Positions 20,363 through 30,509 of a DNA stretch of 64,000 nucleotides are shown here, one piece after another. The number at the start of each line of letters is the position of its first letter. Positions within the stretch are counted from its first letter, which is position 1. The position numbers and the translations under genes were made by a program. The DNA comes from an uncultured Verrucomicrobiae bacterium (lineage in GTDB: Bacteria > Verrucomicrobiota > Verrucomicrobiia > Limisphaerales > Palsa-1400), in the NCBI GenBank assembly GCA_963764165.1, contig CAVXRD010000002.1:3232001-3296000 (forward strand), in the 5' to 3' direction. Below the pieces are notes generated by a model that was given only the letters and a program-made list of their open reading frames with translations, was not told the origin of the DNA and searched no databases.

Positions 20363-21093
20363 TGCTTCGGCATGCGTTGTCCGGGATCGACCGTGGGCAG
20401 GTAAGCCATGCCGACTTCCCGCGAGACCACTGGCTTCGAGGACAAACAAACCCACCGAAAAGATCTGCCCTCCATACCCGCGACCGGCAGCAAGCCGAGC
20501 GCCTAATTCACGCGCGCAACGAGTCGTCCCGTGGGTTGTTTTAGTGTGTTGACACAATGATTCAGCACCAATGTGTTGGGAGAAACTTGCAACACAGTGC
20601 GACATAAGTGGACAAACCGCGATTTTCCCGAACCGCGTGACTCCTGCTGTGGCTATTCGGCCCAACTCGAAAATACGAGATTCTTACTTCCCGCCGGAAG
20701 AAACCCGTTCGGTCATCTGTTCTCTTCACAATTTTCAAATCTCGACCAGCAGGCCCGGATTAAAAACTCTGCAGCTCTGAGACGGATATTCGAATCGTTA
20801 TGCCGCGCACTTTCTGCGGCAGCACCAATCAATGCCCTCTGCGCCCTGCAACGTTGGAAGAACAAACTTCGGTTGATGGTCGATGATGAATATCCGCCCG
20901 CGACCTTGAGCATTGGGCTATTGACGTTCCCAATTCCCGAGTGTTCAGGCGTTGTTTCACAGGTTTGTTTCTTGCGACCGGGATGTTTTTCTTCTCTCCG
21001 ACCTCCCCAATCAATTTGGCAAAGAAATTTTAATGTGGGCTAGGCCAAAACTTTATCTTCGTGCCGTCTACTATTGGCGTAATTTGTGGGGTT

Positions 21094-21312
21094 ATGCGCC
21101 TCTTCATTGTTGAAGATGAAGTAAAGGGGGCGGAATTCGTAGCTCGCGGATTGCGCGACGAACTCTATGAGGTTGACATAGCCCATGACGGAGAAACGGC
21201 TTGGCGCATGGTTTCCACCACCGATTACGACCTAGTCGTTTCTCGATCCCATGTTGCCGAGATTTATGTGCTGGATTTGAGCTGGGAACGCATGATTAAC
21301 CGGACCTCATAA
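21094..21312 (+). pseudogene. Truncated OmpR-family response regulator receiver domain
   Basis: MRLFIVEDE...GL....YEVDIAHDG...DYDLVV, then similarity is lost before the phospho-Asp. Confidence 0.7.
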
Positions 21313-21404
21313 CCAATGACTTCGGTTGGTTGGTTTTCATTACAGGATCTCCTCGTGCCTTCGTTCTGAAAAAAACATCGACTTCACAGCCGCGGTTCCG
21401 GCTT

Positions 21405-22163
21405 TCATCCGCGCCTGGCTCTGGCATGAGATCCCTGTACCGCACAGAATTGATCCAAATCCCTTCTCACGCTGACGTAATGTCGAACCCACCGTCCCAC
21501 GTCCACGCCCAATCGCTTGGCAAGGTTGATCATGGTGTCATTTCCACTCGCATACTCCAAAATTGCGGTGATGCGCAGCGCTGGGTTTTCCAGGAAAGGT
21601 CCGCCAAAGCCGGCGGGGTCTTCGATCTTGTCCGCTTCGATTTCCTTCGCTCGTCTGGCTTTAAGTTCTTCGATCTCTGCTGGCGAGAGCGTCAGCGCTT
21701 TCCTGGCCGGCGTCGATTTGGGGAGCTTTGGAAGCGACCGGAAGGGCCTGGAGTTTCTCGAGGCTGCTTGGCACCACTTATAAACTGCGGAAAGACTGGC
21801 CGTCTTGCCGCTCCAACTTTCGTACCAGACAAGAACGTCCTTCGCGTTGGTAAACTCGTTCCCGAGCTTTCTCTTGAGCTCGCCCAAGCGGTTCGAATTT
21901 AGAAGAGCGTCCCTTCGGAATGTGAAGCCCACCAGTTGGTTATAAAGGCGCGCTCGCACAATCTTGAGGAGGGCAAATACATGCTTGCGCCCACAGCCAG
22001 CCTGGCGCGCGAGGACTTCGGCGCTTAAGCCATGGCCGTTTAGAATCGCGTTGAGAATCGCCTTGCTGGCATTGGTGCGTTCCCCAGCAGGCGTCCCCTG
22101 CTTTTGGCAGAATGACAATGCCTCCTTCACCGAAACCTCTGATATGGAAATCCGACGCGCCAT
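21405..22163 (-). CDS. Hypothetical protein, possible HTH DNA-binding
   Basis: 252-aa ORF with HTH-like SAEVLARQAGCGRKHVF. Confidence 0.5.
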   Translation of the reverse strand: MARRISISEVSVKEALSFCQKQGTPAGERTNASKAILNAILNGHGLSAEVLARQAGCGRKHVFALLKIVRARLYNQLVGFTFRRDALLNSNRLGELKRKLGNEFTNAKDVLVWYESWSGKTASLSAVYKWCQAASRNSRPFRSLPKLPKSTPARKALTLSPAEIEELKARRAKEIEADKIEDPAGFGGPFLENPALRITAILEYASGNDTMINLAKRLGVDVGRWVRHYVSVRRDLDQFCAVQGSHARARRG

Positions 22164-22539
22164 GGGAAGATTATAAGTCCCCTGTTTATAATTTTCAATG
22201 TCTCAAACAGCCGCAACAAGGGGGTCGCAAACGATAAAACGAGCTATGAACGATCAGGTTCAGTGGGGAAAGCAAACGAAACGGCTCCGCGAAATGCCGC
22301 GAGGACGGATTGCCGCCTCGTTGTCGATAATTGATGCGGCGGCCCTCCTGGGTTTGCTGACGCCTCGTGAAAAAGACGGAAAGGAAGGGTCATGAGCGCC
22401 GTCCGTGGCAATTACCCAGCTTCATTGGATTCCGCGAGCAACGCAGAGTTTCTGAAATTGCCACGCCTGCCGGGCCGCGTGAACTCGTGGCAAACAGCGG
22501 CCCTTTTTGGTTTCGACCCATCGCACATTCCCATCCTAG

Positions 22540-23360
22540 GGCCTGTTAACACTAACGTAACGCCTCCACGATGAGCGCGAGGACGACGAATCCGGAGTAC
22601 AACGCATCCAATTTGTCGAAGCGACTGAAGACTCGGCGGTAGCTTTTGAGTCGGCGAAAAAGCCGTTCAATCTCATTGCGGCGTCGGTAAAGGGTTTGGT
22701 CATACTCCCACGGATTTAAGCGTCGGGGGTTAGGAGGAACCACTGGAGCGTAGCCCAATTCCCGCGCCTGTTGCAGAGTCTCGTCCCCTTCATAGGCGCT
22801 GTCCATGATGAGTGGAAGCCCTGCCGGAACCGGCCCGCCCGCCTGCAAAAGCTCGCGTCCTTGCGGCGCGTCCCCCGCCTGGCCGGGGGAAAGCTTGAGC
22901 ATTAAGGCGCACTGGGCATTCGCGGCAACCAGATGAATTTTGGTGGTGCAACCGCCTCGGGAGCGCCCGATGGCCTGTGGGCCGTTTTTTTTAGCGCCCC
23001 GGTGCCGTCGGGGTGAACCTTGATCGTCGTGCTGTCCAAGCAGACTTGCTCGATCCGGATCGCCAGGATTTGCTCCTGCTGGAGCCGGGCGAAGACTCGA
23101 TCCAGCACGCCCGCTTTGCTCCAGCGGTTCATGCGGGTGTAGATCGTATGCCAGTTGCCAAAATGTTTTGGCAGGCCGCGCCATTTGCACCCATGCTCCA
23201 CCACATAGAGCAGGGCGTTGAGAAGTTGCAGATTGGTCATGCTCACGTTGCCGCGCTGCCGCGGCAGACAATCAGCAACCCGCTGATATTGACTCTCTGT
23301 AAGCTCCACCCAGCCATTTTGCCTTGTCGCCTATAAAATGTCAATTAGTGTTAACAGGCC
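22540..23360 (-). mobile_element. IS5-family insertion sequence (two-ORF, IS427-like)
   Basis: 16-bp perfect TIR GGCCTGTTAACACTAA; CTAG on both flanks (22536-22539, 23361-23364); orfA/orfB joined at an A8 slippery run near 22985-22992. Confidence 0.93.
22552..23309 (-). CDS. IS5 transposase (probable programmed -1 frameshift)
   Basis: GCKWRGLP..FGNWHTIY.R, LDST, GRSRGG.TTKIH, DSAYE, YRRRNEIERLF. Confidence 0.9.
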
Positions 23361-23573
23361 CTAGTCCAGGCCAAGCTCCTGAAGCCGATCGGCAGTCCCC
23401 CGACAAACGCGCCCAAATACTTCTTCACCGCTTACGTTCTTCGACTCGCTGCGGATGAACGCTGGATGACGCGCGCCAGCGAAGCGCTCGTGAGTCATTG
23501 GTCCGTCCGAAACCATAATAAGTCAAACAAAAGGAATACGCCTTAACCACCAACTTCCAGCCAGGAAAACCAT

Positions 23574-24662
23574 ATGATCCAAGATTTATCTCAACCCGCC
23601 GCGAACAATAAACCGGTGATTTCACCGGTGCGGCTCTCTGAACTCGTGCTTGATCCAACGATTCAAGCCCGCGTTGAAATCCGCGACGACATCGTCCGCC
23701 AATACGTCGACCGTTTGCAAGCGGGCGATACATTCCCACCACTTGCAGTGTTTCACGTTAGCGCCGAATTCATCCTCGTCGACGGGTATCACCGCTACAG
23801 CGCCGCACTTAAAATCGCTCTTACCACCTTTCCCGCAGAAATCCACGTCGGCAATCGCCACGACGCTCTGATTTTCGGATTAGGCGCCAATGCCGCCCAC
23901 GGCTTGCCACTTTCGGCCGCCGACAAACGGCACGCGGTCCAGATTGCATTGGCACAGTTGCCTGACTGGAGCGATCGTTCCGTTGCTGACATTGTAAAGG
24001 TCAGCCCCGCATTCGTTGGAAAGGTACGAAAACAACTGTTTACGGTAAACAGTTCGCGGCGTATCGGCGCGGATGGCAAGGTTCGGAATCTCCCGGCGAA
24101 AACCAAGAGCAATCGAGCCGACTCGGCGGGATCTGGTGATGCCCTCAAATTTGCAGACGCCAAGACAGATTTAACCACTCGTCTCGAACGGTTCAAATCT
24201 CTCCTTAGCAAAGAGACCTCGTCGCTGGCCCCGCGCGCCGCCATGGACGTCATCCAGCAACTGCGCGGTTTCCTGGAAGAACTCGCTTCCCGTTTGGAGA
24301 GCGCTTCTCCGTCTGAAAATCCCCCAGCGACCCAGAACGACTCCCATCATTCCGAAATGACGGATGGATCTCAGCCGGTTCGTACCAGTTTTACCGGCAT
24401 TGCGATGAAGATTCTCAGCGCCTGCGGAAAACCGATTTCGATGAATGAACTCTGCCTGGCCGCCGAGCCACTTCTCTCGCAAACCGGAACCGCAGGCAAA
24501 ACGCCGATGCAGAGCTTTAAATCCAAAGTCTACGCCGCTGCGAAAGCTGATCCTCGACATGGCGAGTTGGGTAGCCGTCGAACTTCCGCCAAAAGTGTCC
24601 GACTTCCCAGGGCTTGTCGGGATTTTCATCCTGGTCCCAATTCAGAGTGCGAAAAATGGTGA
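23574..24662 (+). CDS. ParB/Srx-like N-terminal domain protein with HTH and a HARE-HTH-like tail
   Basis: LVDGYHRY, NAAHGLPLS.ADKR, WSDRSVA, C-terminal GKTP. Confidence 0.75.
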   Translation: MIQDLSQPAANNKPVISPVRLSELVLDPTIQARVEIRDDIVRQYVDRLQAGDTFPPLAVFHVSAEFILVDGYHRYSAALKIALTTFPAEIHVGNRHDALIFGLGANAAHGLPLSAADKRHAVQIALAQLPDWSDRSVADIVKVSPAFVGKVRKQLFTVNSSRRIGADGKVRNLPAKTKSNRADSAGSGDALKFADAKTDLTTRLERFKSLLSKETSSLAPRAAMDVIQQLRGFLEELASRLESASPSENPPATQNDSHHSEMTDGSQPVRTSFTGIAMKILSACGKPISMNELCLAAEPLLSQTGTAGKTPMQSFKSKVYAAAKADPRHGELGSRRTSAKSVRLPRACRDFHPGPNSECEKW

Positions 24663-25759
24663 GTGCTGGAGTGCTCATAGATCTGTCCTTTCGTGATGAT
24701 GTTATGTTTGCGGGTCTCAAAGTCTTGGAATGCCGCCGGGATTTCGCGAGTTCTCCACTCCGTCGGCCACTCGTCCCAGTCGCCGCCGTGTCGGTTACCC
24801 AAATGCAGTGGTTGTTCTTTGAAGCAGGGATATTTCCCGAGCTGTTTCAGAAAAAATGCCACGCCCTGGTCGTGGCACTGCTCTCGCAACTGCAACGCCC
24901 ATTCGACCTGAAATGGCGCGGCCAGGACGTCGCTGCCGCCGCCGGTGATCAACCAGTCGATTCCGGCCAGGTCGAGGCGGACCGGGCCAAAGAGCGGTTC
25001 CAACGACAATCCTCGCAGCTTCGCAGGAACGCGGCGAAGTTGATCCACGCGCGCTGCGAACTGTTGGCTGGTGACAGTCGTCATTGCCATCAGATTGTCG
25101 GGCCAGGGGATTCTCTGTTTTGCCAACCATTCGCCAAAGTTCGCCATGCAGGCCGGACGCTTTGTCAACCACAACCAGACGTGCCGGCTCCCGGCCGCTG
25201 AATGGACGTTAGCGATGATTTCGTCGCGAAGAAATTCGAACGCGATGTCATGTGACAACGCATCCCCCATATCCGAAATGAAAATCAGCCGACGCAGTCC
25301 TTGCAGCCAAGGTTTCGCGCTGACTTCCGTCTCTTTGGGCGGCCCCCACGCAGCAGCATCGGCCACGCGTCCCGCATAACGTTTCGGCTGTTCGAAACGG
25401 TCGGCATAACCCTTGTGTCCGGCGCGAGCCGTCCCCAACAAACCCGCGTAACATTTGCATTCGCGTCGGACAGTGTCCACCAGCGCATCGTACAAGTGCG
25501 CGGGTGAATCTGCCCCGGCCCCGCCGCAAAGCGCCTCAGCGACTCCATCGCGATTCTCGTAAATTTCCGAAGTGCTGGACACACCGACAGCCGACAAAGT
25601 CGACATCACATCCTTCGTGTTCGAGATGCACCCCGCGGCTTGAAGCGTTTTATGCAATTTTGCTGCGAGGCTGAATGGCGACGGCCACAGTTCGCAGCCG
25701 TCGCAGCCCATCACGGGATTCACCGTGGAATGGCACCATTGAATTTTTGTTGTCTTCAT
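24626..25759 (-). CDS. DUF5131 (phage Gp37/Gp68-like) protein
   Basis: TKIQW...TVNPVMGC, CYA, IFISDMGD, LTKRP, SLEPL, FFLKQLG. Confidence 0.88.
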   Translation of the reverse strand: MKTTKIQWCHSTVNPVMGCDGCELWPSPFSLAAKLHKTLQAAGCISNTKDVMSTLSAVGVSSTSEIYENRDGVAEALCGGAGADSPAHLYDALVDTVRRECKCYAGLLGTARAGHKGYADRFEQPKRYAGRVADAAAWGPPKETEVSAKPWLQGLRRLIFISDMGDALSHDIAFEFLRDEIIANVHSAAGSRHVWLWLTKRPACMANFGEWLAKQRIPWPDNLMAMTTVTSQQFAARVDQLRRVPAKLRGLSLEPLFGPVRLDLAGIDWLITGGGSDVLAAPFQVEWALQLREQCHDQGVAFFLKQLGKYPCFKEQPLHLGNRHGGDWDEWPTEWRTREIPAAFQDFETRKHNIITKGQIYEHSSTHHFSHSELGPG

Positions 25760-25779
25760 GAATTCTGTATTGTTATTGA

Positions 25780-26847
25780 CTATGCAACTTTTGGCACCTC
25801 GGCCTCGGGTTGCAGGGTTACGATTTTGCCTTCAGCGACAGCCTTGCGCCGGGCCTCTTCATACACTTCAAGCGAGCGGATTTCGCCCTGCGCTTTCTTG
25901 GCGTAGGCGCGGTGAACAATTTTTGAACTATGCCCGAGGGCGCGTTGCGCGTAGCGCTCGGGATAGCCGTTGTCGGCCGCGCGTTCGGCCCAGGCGTAAC
26001 GATATGAGTGCAGCGTGATGCCCTCGATGCCGAGGCCATCGCATCGCTGGCCAAACTCGGTGGCGCGATCCGCTTCGCGCACGGTGATCAGGTAGGGGAA
26101 GAGCGGGCCCTGACGCGGTCGGTGCATAATCACTTCCCAGGCCTTGCCGCCAATTTGCGTGCCGCCGAGATGTTTTGTTTTCAACCGATCATAAGCGAAG
26201 CAGCGTTTGCCATAATTGATATCCTCGGCCAGGCGTTGGGCCAGGTCCGATTGGGAAGCGCCGAAGTGCCAGCAGAGTTCGTAAAAGTTACGGCGTTCAG
26301 GATTCTTTTCGCGTTCGATAATGCGCAGGTGTTCCTCCCAAAGGATGGCGCGAGCTTCCTTGTGAACAATCTTCGGGAATTTCTTTTTGGGCAGAATGCG
26401 CGTCGGCAGCCAGCCCATGTCACAGCAGTGATTCTGGAGACGGCGGAGGTAAACATTGGTGCTGACGGTGCCCAGACGCAGCACGGCCAGGAACTCGTCG
26501 GACGTCGTTGAAACGACCACTTTGGGCCGGATCAAATTGAAGGCTTCGTCCTTCATTGCGGTGTTCCATCGGTGCAGGGTGGGGCCGTGTTTGTCTTTCA
26601 CGATGTCCACCATGACGTCATTCCAGGTGCGGGTGCAGAACAGTGGATCGGCAGCCGACAAATACGTCATCCCCATTTGGCGGTTCATGTGGGGATTTCG
26701 AAACGCTTCGTTCCTGGCGTGGACCAGACGCTCGGCTTCCTCTTCATCCTTGGTGCGAAGGCTGGTGCGGACGCCGGTTTCTGTGTCTTCGCAATAAAAG
26801 GTGCCGCCCCGGCTGCCCACCTTCACGGTTCTGAATCTGTTTTTCAC
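25780..26847 (-). CDS. Tyrosine integrase of element 3
   Basis: HSYRYAWA, LGHSS..VHRAY. GTG start chosen by homology to the other two integrases. Confidence 0.9.
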   Translation of the reverse strand: MKNRFRTVKVGSRGGTFYCEDTETGVRTSLRTKDEEEAERLVHARNEAFRNPHMNRQMGMTYLSAADPLFCTRTWNDVMVDIVKDKHGPTLHRWNTAMKDEAFNLIRPKVVVSTTSDEFLAVLRLGTVSTNVYLRRLQNHCCDMGWLPTRILPKKKFPKIVHKEARAILWEEHLRIIEREKNPERRNFYELCWHFGASQSDLAQRLAEDINYGKRCFAYDRLKTKHLGGTQIGGKAWEVIMHRPRQGPLFPYLITVREADRATEFGQRCDGLGIEGITLHSYRYAWAERAADNGYPERYAQRALGHSSKIVHRAYAKKAQGEIRSLEVYEEARRKAVAEGKIVTLQPEAEVPKVA

Positions 26848-26949
26848 AACTGTCACGCTTTCAACATAACAGCCCTGATTCCGAACACTTAACGAGCAGT
26901 GGGCGCCTACGCGCCGAGACGTCAAGCCTACGCCCTGGCTAACGCGCCA

Positions 26950-26972
26950 GGTGTGCGTTTTGGTGTGCGTTT
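26950..26972 (+). repeat. Arm-like direct repeats of element 3
   Basis: GGTGTGCGTTT x2, 12-bp period, between the integrase and att. Confidence 0.6.
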
Positions 26973-27029
26973 GGCCATTTTGGCCCCCTTTTTGGCCTTT
27001 TCCGGGGAAAACTCCGAAGGAGTTCCGAG

Positions 27030-27054
27030 TTGGAGGCGAGGGTCGGAATCGAAC
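27030..27054 (-). repeat. att core (copy of the tRNA-Cys 3' end)
   Basis: TTGGAGGCGAGGGTCGGAATCGAAC, identical to 46004-46028. Confidence 0.95.
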
Positions 27055-27304
27055 GAGGAACCCAAACCGTTCCGAGCCTAACACACTCTGTTTCAAGGCA
27101 TACTGTAGGTGATTTTCATAGGTGAGTCAAACAACTTTTCTTTGCTCTTTCATAGCCCGCCATTGCTCGCTTACCGCTTATAAATTGCTCCGCAGGTGAA
27201 GATTTAGGTGAAGAATCCGGTGAAACTTTTCCCAACCGCTCTCCAGAATTCCGTCGCTAATCAAACTTTTTGGTTGCAACTGTGGCGAACTTGATTTAGA
27301 AAAT

Positions 27305-27385
27305 CCGCCGAAAGCCACCTGTGGCAGCGATGGCGGGAGTATAATCCCGTAGCTGTTGAACGCAGGCGGCTTTTTTGCTGCCTGC
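27305..27385 (+). promoter_or_regulatory. Structured leader, candidate cis-regulatory RNA
   Basis: CCGCC/GGCGG stem enclosing a GCCA-CCTG-TGGC hairpin; competing GCGGGA/TCCCGT pairing; downstream GCAGGCGGC/GCTGCCTGC hairpin. Confidence 0.45.
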
Positions 27386-27418
27386 ATCCAGACGAAATGA
27401 TTAACCGAAAGGTTCGTT

Positions 27419-30082
27419 ATGCGAATGCACTTAAAGGCAGTATTCTGTTTGCTTTTCCTCCTTCCTACATTAGCTCACGCGCACGCCGCTGGCGGCGCAG
27501 TTAGCGGCTTGCGCGATGGTTTCAATCATCCGCTTCATGGATGGGACCACCTTATTGTCATGATTGGCGTCGGATGGTGGGCGGCTCAACAACGGGGCCG
27601 CGCCGTGTGGTTGATTCCGTTGGTCTTCGTCGGCGTAATGATCGTCGGCAGAGTGGTCGGAGCAAGTGGGCTAACACTGCCAGGAGCCGAGTTGGCGATC
27701 TTATTGTCCGTGGCTGTGTTTACCGCTCTTGTCGTGCGAAAATCCAAAATGGAGCTGACCGCCAGCGTGCCGCTCGTTGGATTTTTCGCATTTTTCCACG
27801 GGTTCGCCCACGGCGAAGAAATGCCCCCGTCGGTAGGCGTTATCATGTTCGCCACCGGCTTTGTGCTGGCGACAGTCCTGTTGCATGCCATTGGGCTGGC
27901 GACGGGACGATTCATCGCCTTTTTGACGGCATTTGCCGTAGGCGGTTCCGCCGTCGCCCAAACAACAAATGCTTCCACCCATGTGCAAAATCCGTCGGCC
28001 ACAAACCAGCCTACTGTGCTTCCCGAAGTCGTGGTCACGGGCCGTCAAGACAGCATGATCGGCATTGCCAGTTCCGCATCGCAAGGAACCGTGGGCGCCA
28101 CTGAGATTCAGGACCGGCCAATCCTTCGTGCAGGGGAAATTCTGGAAACGGTGCCTGGGGTCATCATCACCCAGCACGCCGGGGGCGGCAAAGCCAACCA
28201 ATATTTTTTGCGCGGGTTCAATCTTGATCACGGCACCGACTTCGCCATTTTCCTGGACGACATGCCGTTGAACCTGCCATCCCACGCGCACGGGGAAGGG
28301 TATTCAGACATGAACACAGTCATCCCGGAGTTCGTGCAAAGGTTGAACTACGAAAAAGGACCGTATGACGCGGACGTGGGTAACTACGGTTCAGCCGGCT
28401 CCGCCCACCTAGAGTTTTACAAAACGCTGCCGCAGAATTTCATCACCGTGGAAGGCGGCACGTTTGGATTTGAGCGGGGTGTCTTTGGAGTTTCGGAAAA
28501 AGTCGGTTCGGGCAATTTGCTTTATGGCGGCGAAGCTTACCACGATGACGGCCCCTGGGTGCATCCTGACGATTATTCAAAGTTCAATGGCATTGTAACC
28601 TACAGCCAAGGCGACAACCACACCGGATTCAGCATCACTGGAAAGGCTTATCACGGAAAATGGAATTCAAGCGACCAGCTTCCAGACAGCGCAATTCCGC
28701 TGGTCGGTTATTTCGGAACGCTTAACCTCTCTGACGGTGGCAACTCAAGCCGGTATAGTTTGCAGGCTGAATGGCATCGGCAGGACGAGAATTCCGAAAC
28801 CAAAATCACGGCCTACGGCTTTTATTATGACCTCGATTTGTTTTCTGACTTTACCTATTACTTGACAGACCCTGCGCTCGGCGATCAATTCGAGCAGCAA
28901 GATCGCCGCTGGGTCGGCGGACTGGACGCGCGACATACCATTTTCAGCCAACTGTTCGGACATGAATCGGAGGCTTCCTTTGGTTTGCAAGCCCGCAATG
29001 ATTGGATTAATAATGGTCTTTACCAAACAGAAGACCGGAATCGCGTTAACAAAACGGATATTGACACCGGAACTATTCTGCCCGCCACAACCCAAGCAGA
29101 CCGATTCACCGACACAGAAGTAGGAATCTACGCTGAAGGCAAGGTCCAATGGTCGGAGAGATTCAGATCCGTTTTGGCTCTTCGCGGCGATCTGGATTAT
29201 TTTGATGTGACCAGCCTGAGCAATCCGGCTAATTCCGGGACATCCGCCACATTGCTTCCCAGCCCAAAGTTGAGTTTGATTTTTGGTCCTTGGGATAAAA
29301 CCGAGCTTTATGCCGAAGGCGGATTTAGTTTTCACAGCAACGACGGTCGCGGCGCGACGCAGACAGTCGAGCCGATCTCAGCCGACAACCCCAATCCCAA
29401 TACGCAGGCAACGAAGATCCCGGGCCTAATTCAAACCAAAGGCGCTGAAATTGGAGTTCGTACACTGGCAGTGCCGCATCTTCAAAGCACACTTTCGCTT
29501 TGGTATCTTTACAGCGATTCGGAGTTGCAGCAGGACGGAGACACGGGCGGAACTATTGCGTCAAAGCAACCAAGCAATCGGTATGGCGTGGAATGGGCCA
29601 ACTATTTCACGCCGCTGGAACACCTCACTCTGGATTTTGATGCGGCTGAATCAGTGGCGCGATTTACCTCCGCTGACAGTGACGACGCGGCCCCCGTTGC
29701 CCCCGGAAGCGTCACGCTGGGTTCCGGCGGCACACGTGTGCCCGAAGCAGTGGGAGCCGTGCTTGCGGCAGGCGTTACTCTGCACGACTGGCACCGGTTC
29801 TCCGCCAGTCTGCGCCTGCGCTACTTTGGCCCTCGTGATTTAACTTCAGACGGCATTTACCGTTCGAGTGCTACCATGCTGCTGAACGCCGAAGTCGGGT
29901 ATCAATTCAACAAGACCTGGCGCGTCTCAGCAGAATTATTGAATCTTCTTGACAGTCGCGATCATGATATTGATTACGCTTATGTTTCTCGGGTGTCGCC
30001 AGCATTACGGCCAGCATTTAGTGATGTCTTTCATCCGGTAGAGCCGTTTCAACTGCGGATTGGAGTAACGGCAAAATTTTGA
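27419..30082 (+). CDS. HupE/UreJ Ni/Co permease fused to a TonB-dependent receptor
   Basis: HPLHGWDHL and FHGFAHG (HupE/UreJ), then LPEVVVTG, QHAGGGKANQYFLRGFNLDHGTDF, FHPVEP and terminal F, all in one frame. Confidence 0.88.
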   Translation: MRMHLKAVFCLLFLLPTLAHAHAAGGAVSGLRDGFNHPLHGWDHLIVMIGVGWWAAQQRGRAVWLIPLVFVGVMIVGRVVGASGLTLPGAELAILLSVAVFTALVVRKSKMELTASVPLVGFFAFFHGFAHGEEMPPSVGVIMFATGFVLATVLLHAIGLATGRFIAFLTAFAVGGSAVAQTTNASTHVQNPSATNQPTVLPEVVVTGRQDSMIGIASSASQGTVGATEIQDRPILRAGEILETVPGVIITQHAGGGKANQYFLRGFNLDHGTDFAIFLDDMPLNLPSHAHGEGYSDMNTVIPEFVQRLNYEKGPYDADVGNYGSAGSAHLEFYKTLPQNFITVEGGTFGFERGVFGVSEKVGSGNLLYGGEAYHDDGPWVHPDDYSKFNGIVTYSQGDNHTGFSITGKAYHGKWNSSDQLPDSAIPLVGYFGTLNLSDGGNSSRYSLQAEWHRQDENSETKITAYGFYYDLDLFSDFTYYLTDPALGDQFEQQDRRWVGGLDARHTIFSQLFGHESEASFGLQARNDWINNGLYQTEDRNRVNKTDIDTGTILPATTQADRFTDTEVGIYAEGKVQWSERFRSVLALRGDLDYFDVTSLSNPANSGTSATLLPSPKLSLIFGPWDKTELYAEGGFSFHSNDGRGATQTVEPISADNPNPNTQATKIPGLIQTKGAEIGVRTLAVPHLQSTLSLWYLYSDSELQQDGDTGGTIASKQPSNRYGVEWANYFTPLEHLTLDFDAAESVARFTSADSDDAAPVAPGSVTLGSGGTRVPEAVGAVLAAGVTLHDWHRFSASLRLRYFGPRDLTSDGIYRSSATMLLNAEVGYQFNKTWRVSAELLNLLDSRDHDIDYAYVSRVSPALRPAFSDVFHPVEPFQLRIGVTAKF

Positions 30083-30151
30083 AGGAGCGCGGCATGCCCT
30101 CGGCTTCTCATCTGCGAGATTTCCGGCTGCTCGGCAACAAGATAGATCACA

Positions 30152-30478
30152 TTAAGTGACGCTTTCTGAATGGGGAGGTTCGGGCGGGGACTGTTGTCGC
30201 CGCTCCCGCTTAAGCCTCCAGTATTTGGAAAGTTCTTTCGTGGCCTTATGAAGCCAGTCGCGGTCCGTGGCCAGTCGAAGGATTTCCACTGCAGCAAACC
30301 ATTTGGGAGCGTTGGGCGCGGGGTCCCCGAGCGGTTCGAGTTTTCCAGTTGCGATCAAGAGTGGAATATCGTGCTCCGCAAAGCCGAGCAACCGGGCCGT
30401 TGCGCCGACGTCGAGACGGGCGGGCAAGTCTTTTGCCGCCCATGTCGAAATTGCCGTTTTTGTCAATTCATCGACCAT
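30152..30478 (-). CDS. Excisionase-like HTH protein of element 2
   Basis: ARLLGF..HDIPLL...GKLEPLGDPAPNAPKWF; paralogs in the other two elements. Confidence 0.75.
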   Translation of the reverse strand: MVDELTKTAISTWAAKDLPARLDVGATARLLGFAEHDIPLLIATGKLEPLGDPAPNAPKWFAAVEILRLATDRDWLHKATKELSKYWRLKRERRQQSPPEPPHSESVT

Positions 30479-30509
30479 CTTTCATTGCGGGTATGAATTA
30501 TTATTGCGG

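Larger units (their letters stand above)
22392..23546 (+). pseudogene. Excisionase-like HTH gene of element 3, split by IS5
   Basis: Removing the IS restores ...GFDPSHIPIL|VQAKLLKPIGSPPTNAPKYF...W, homologous to 30152-30478 and 43243-43572. Confidence 0.85.

Noticed and set aside
26848..27096. N-terminal extension of the 438-aa integrase ORF
   Set aside because: It reads through the att core and arm repeats; homology to the sibling integrases starts at 26847.
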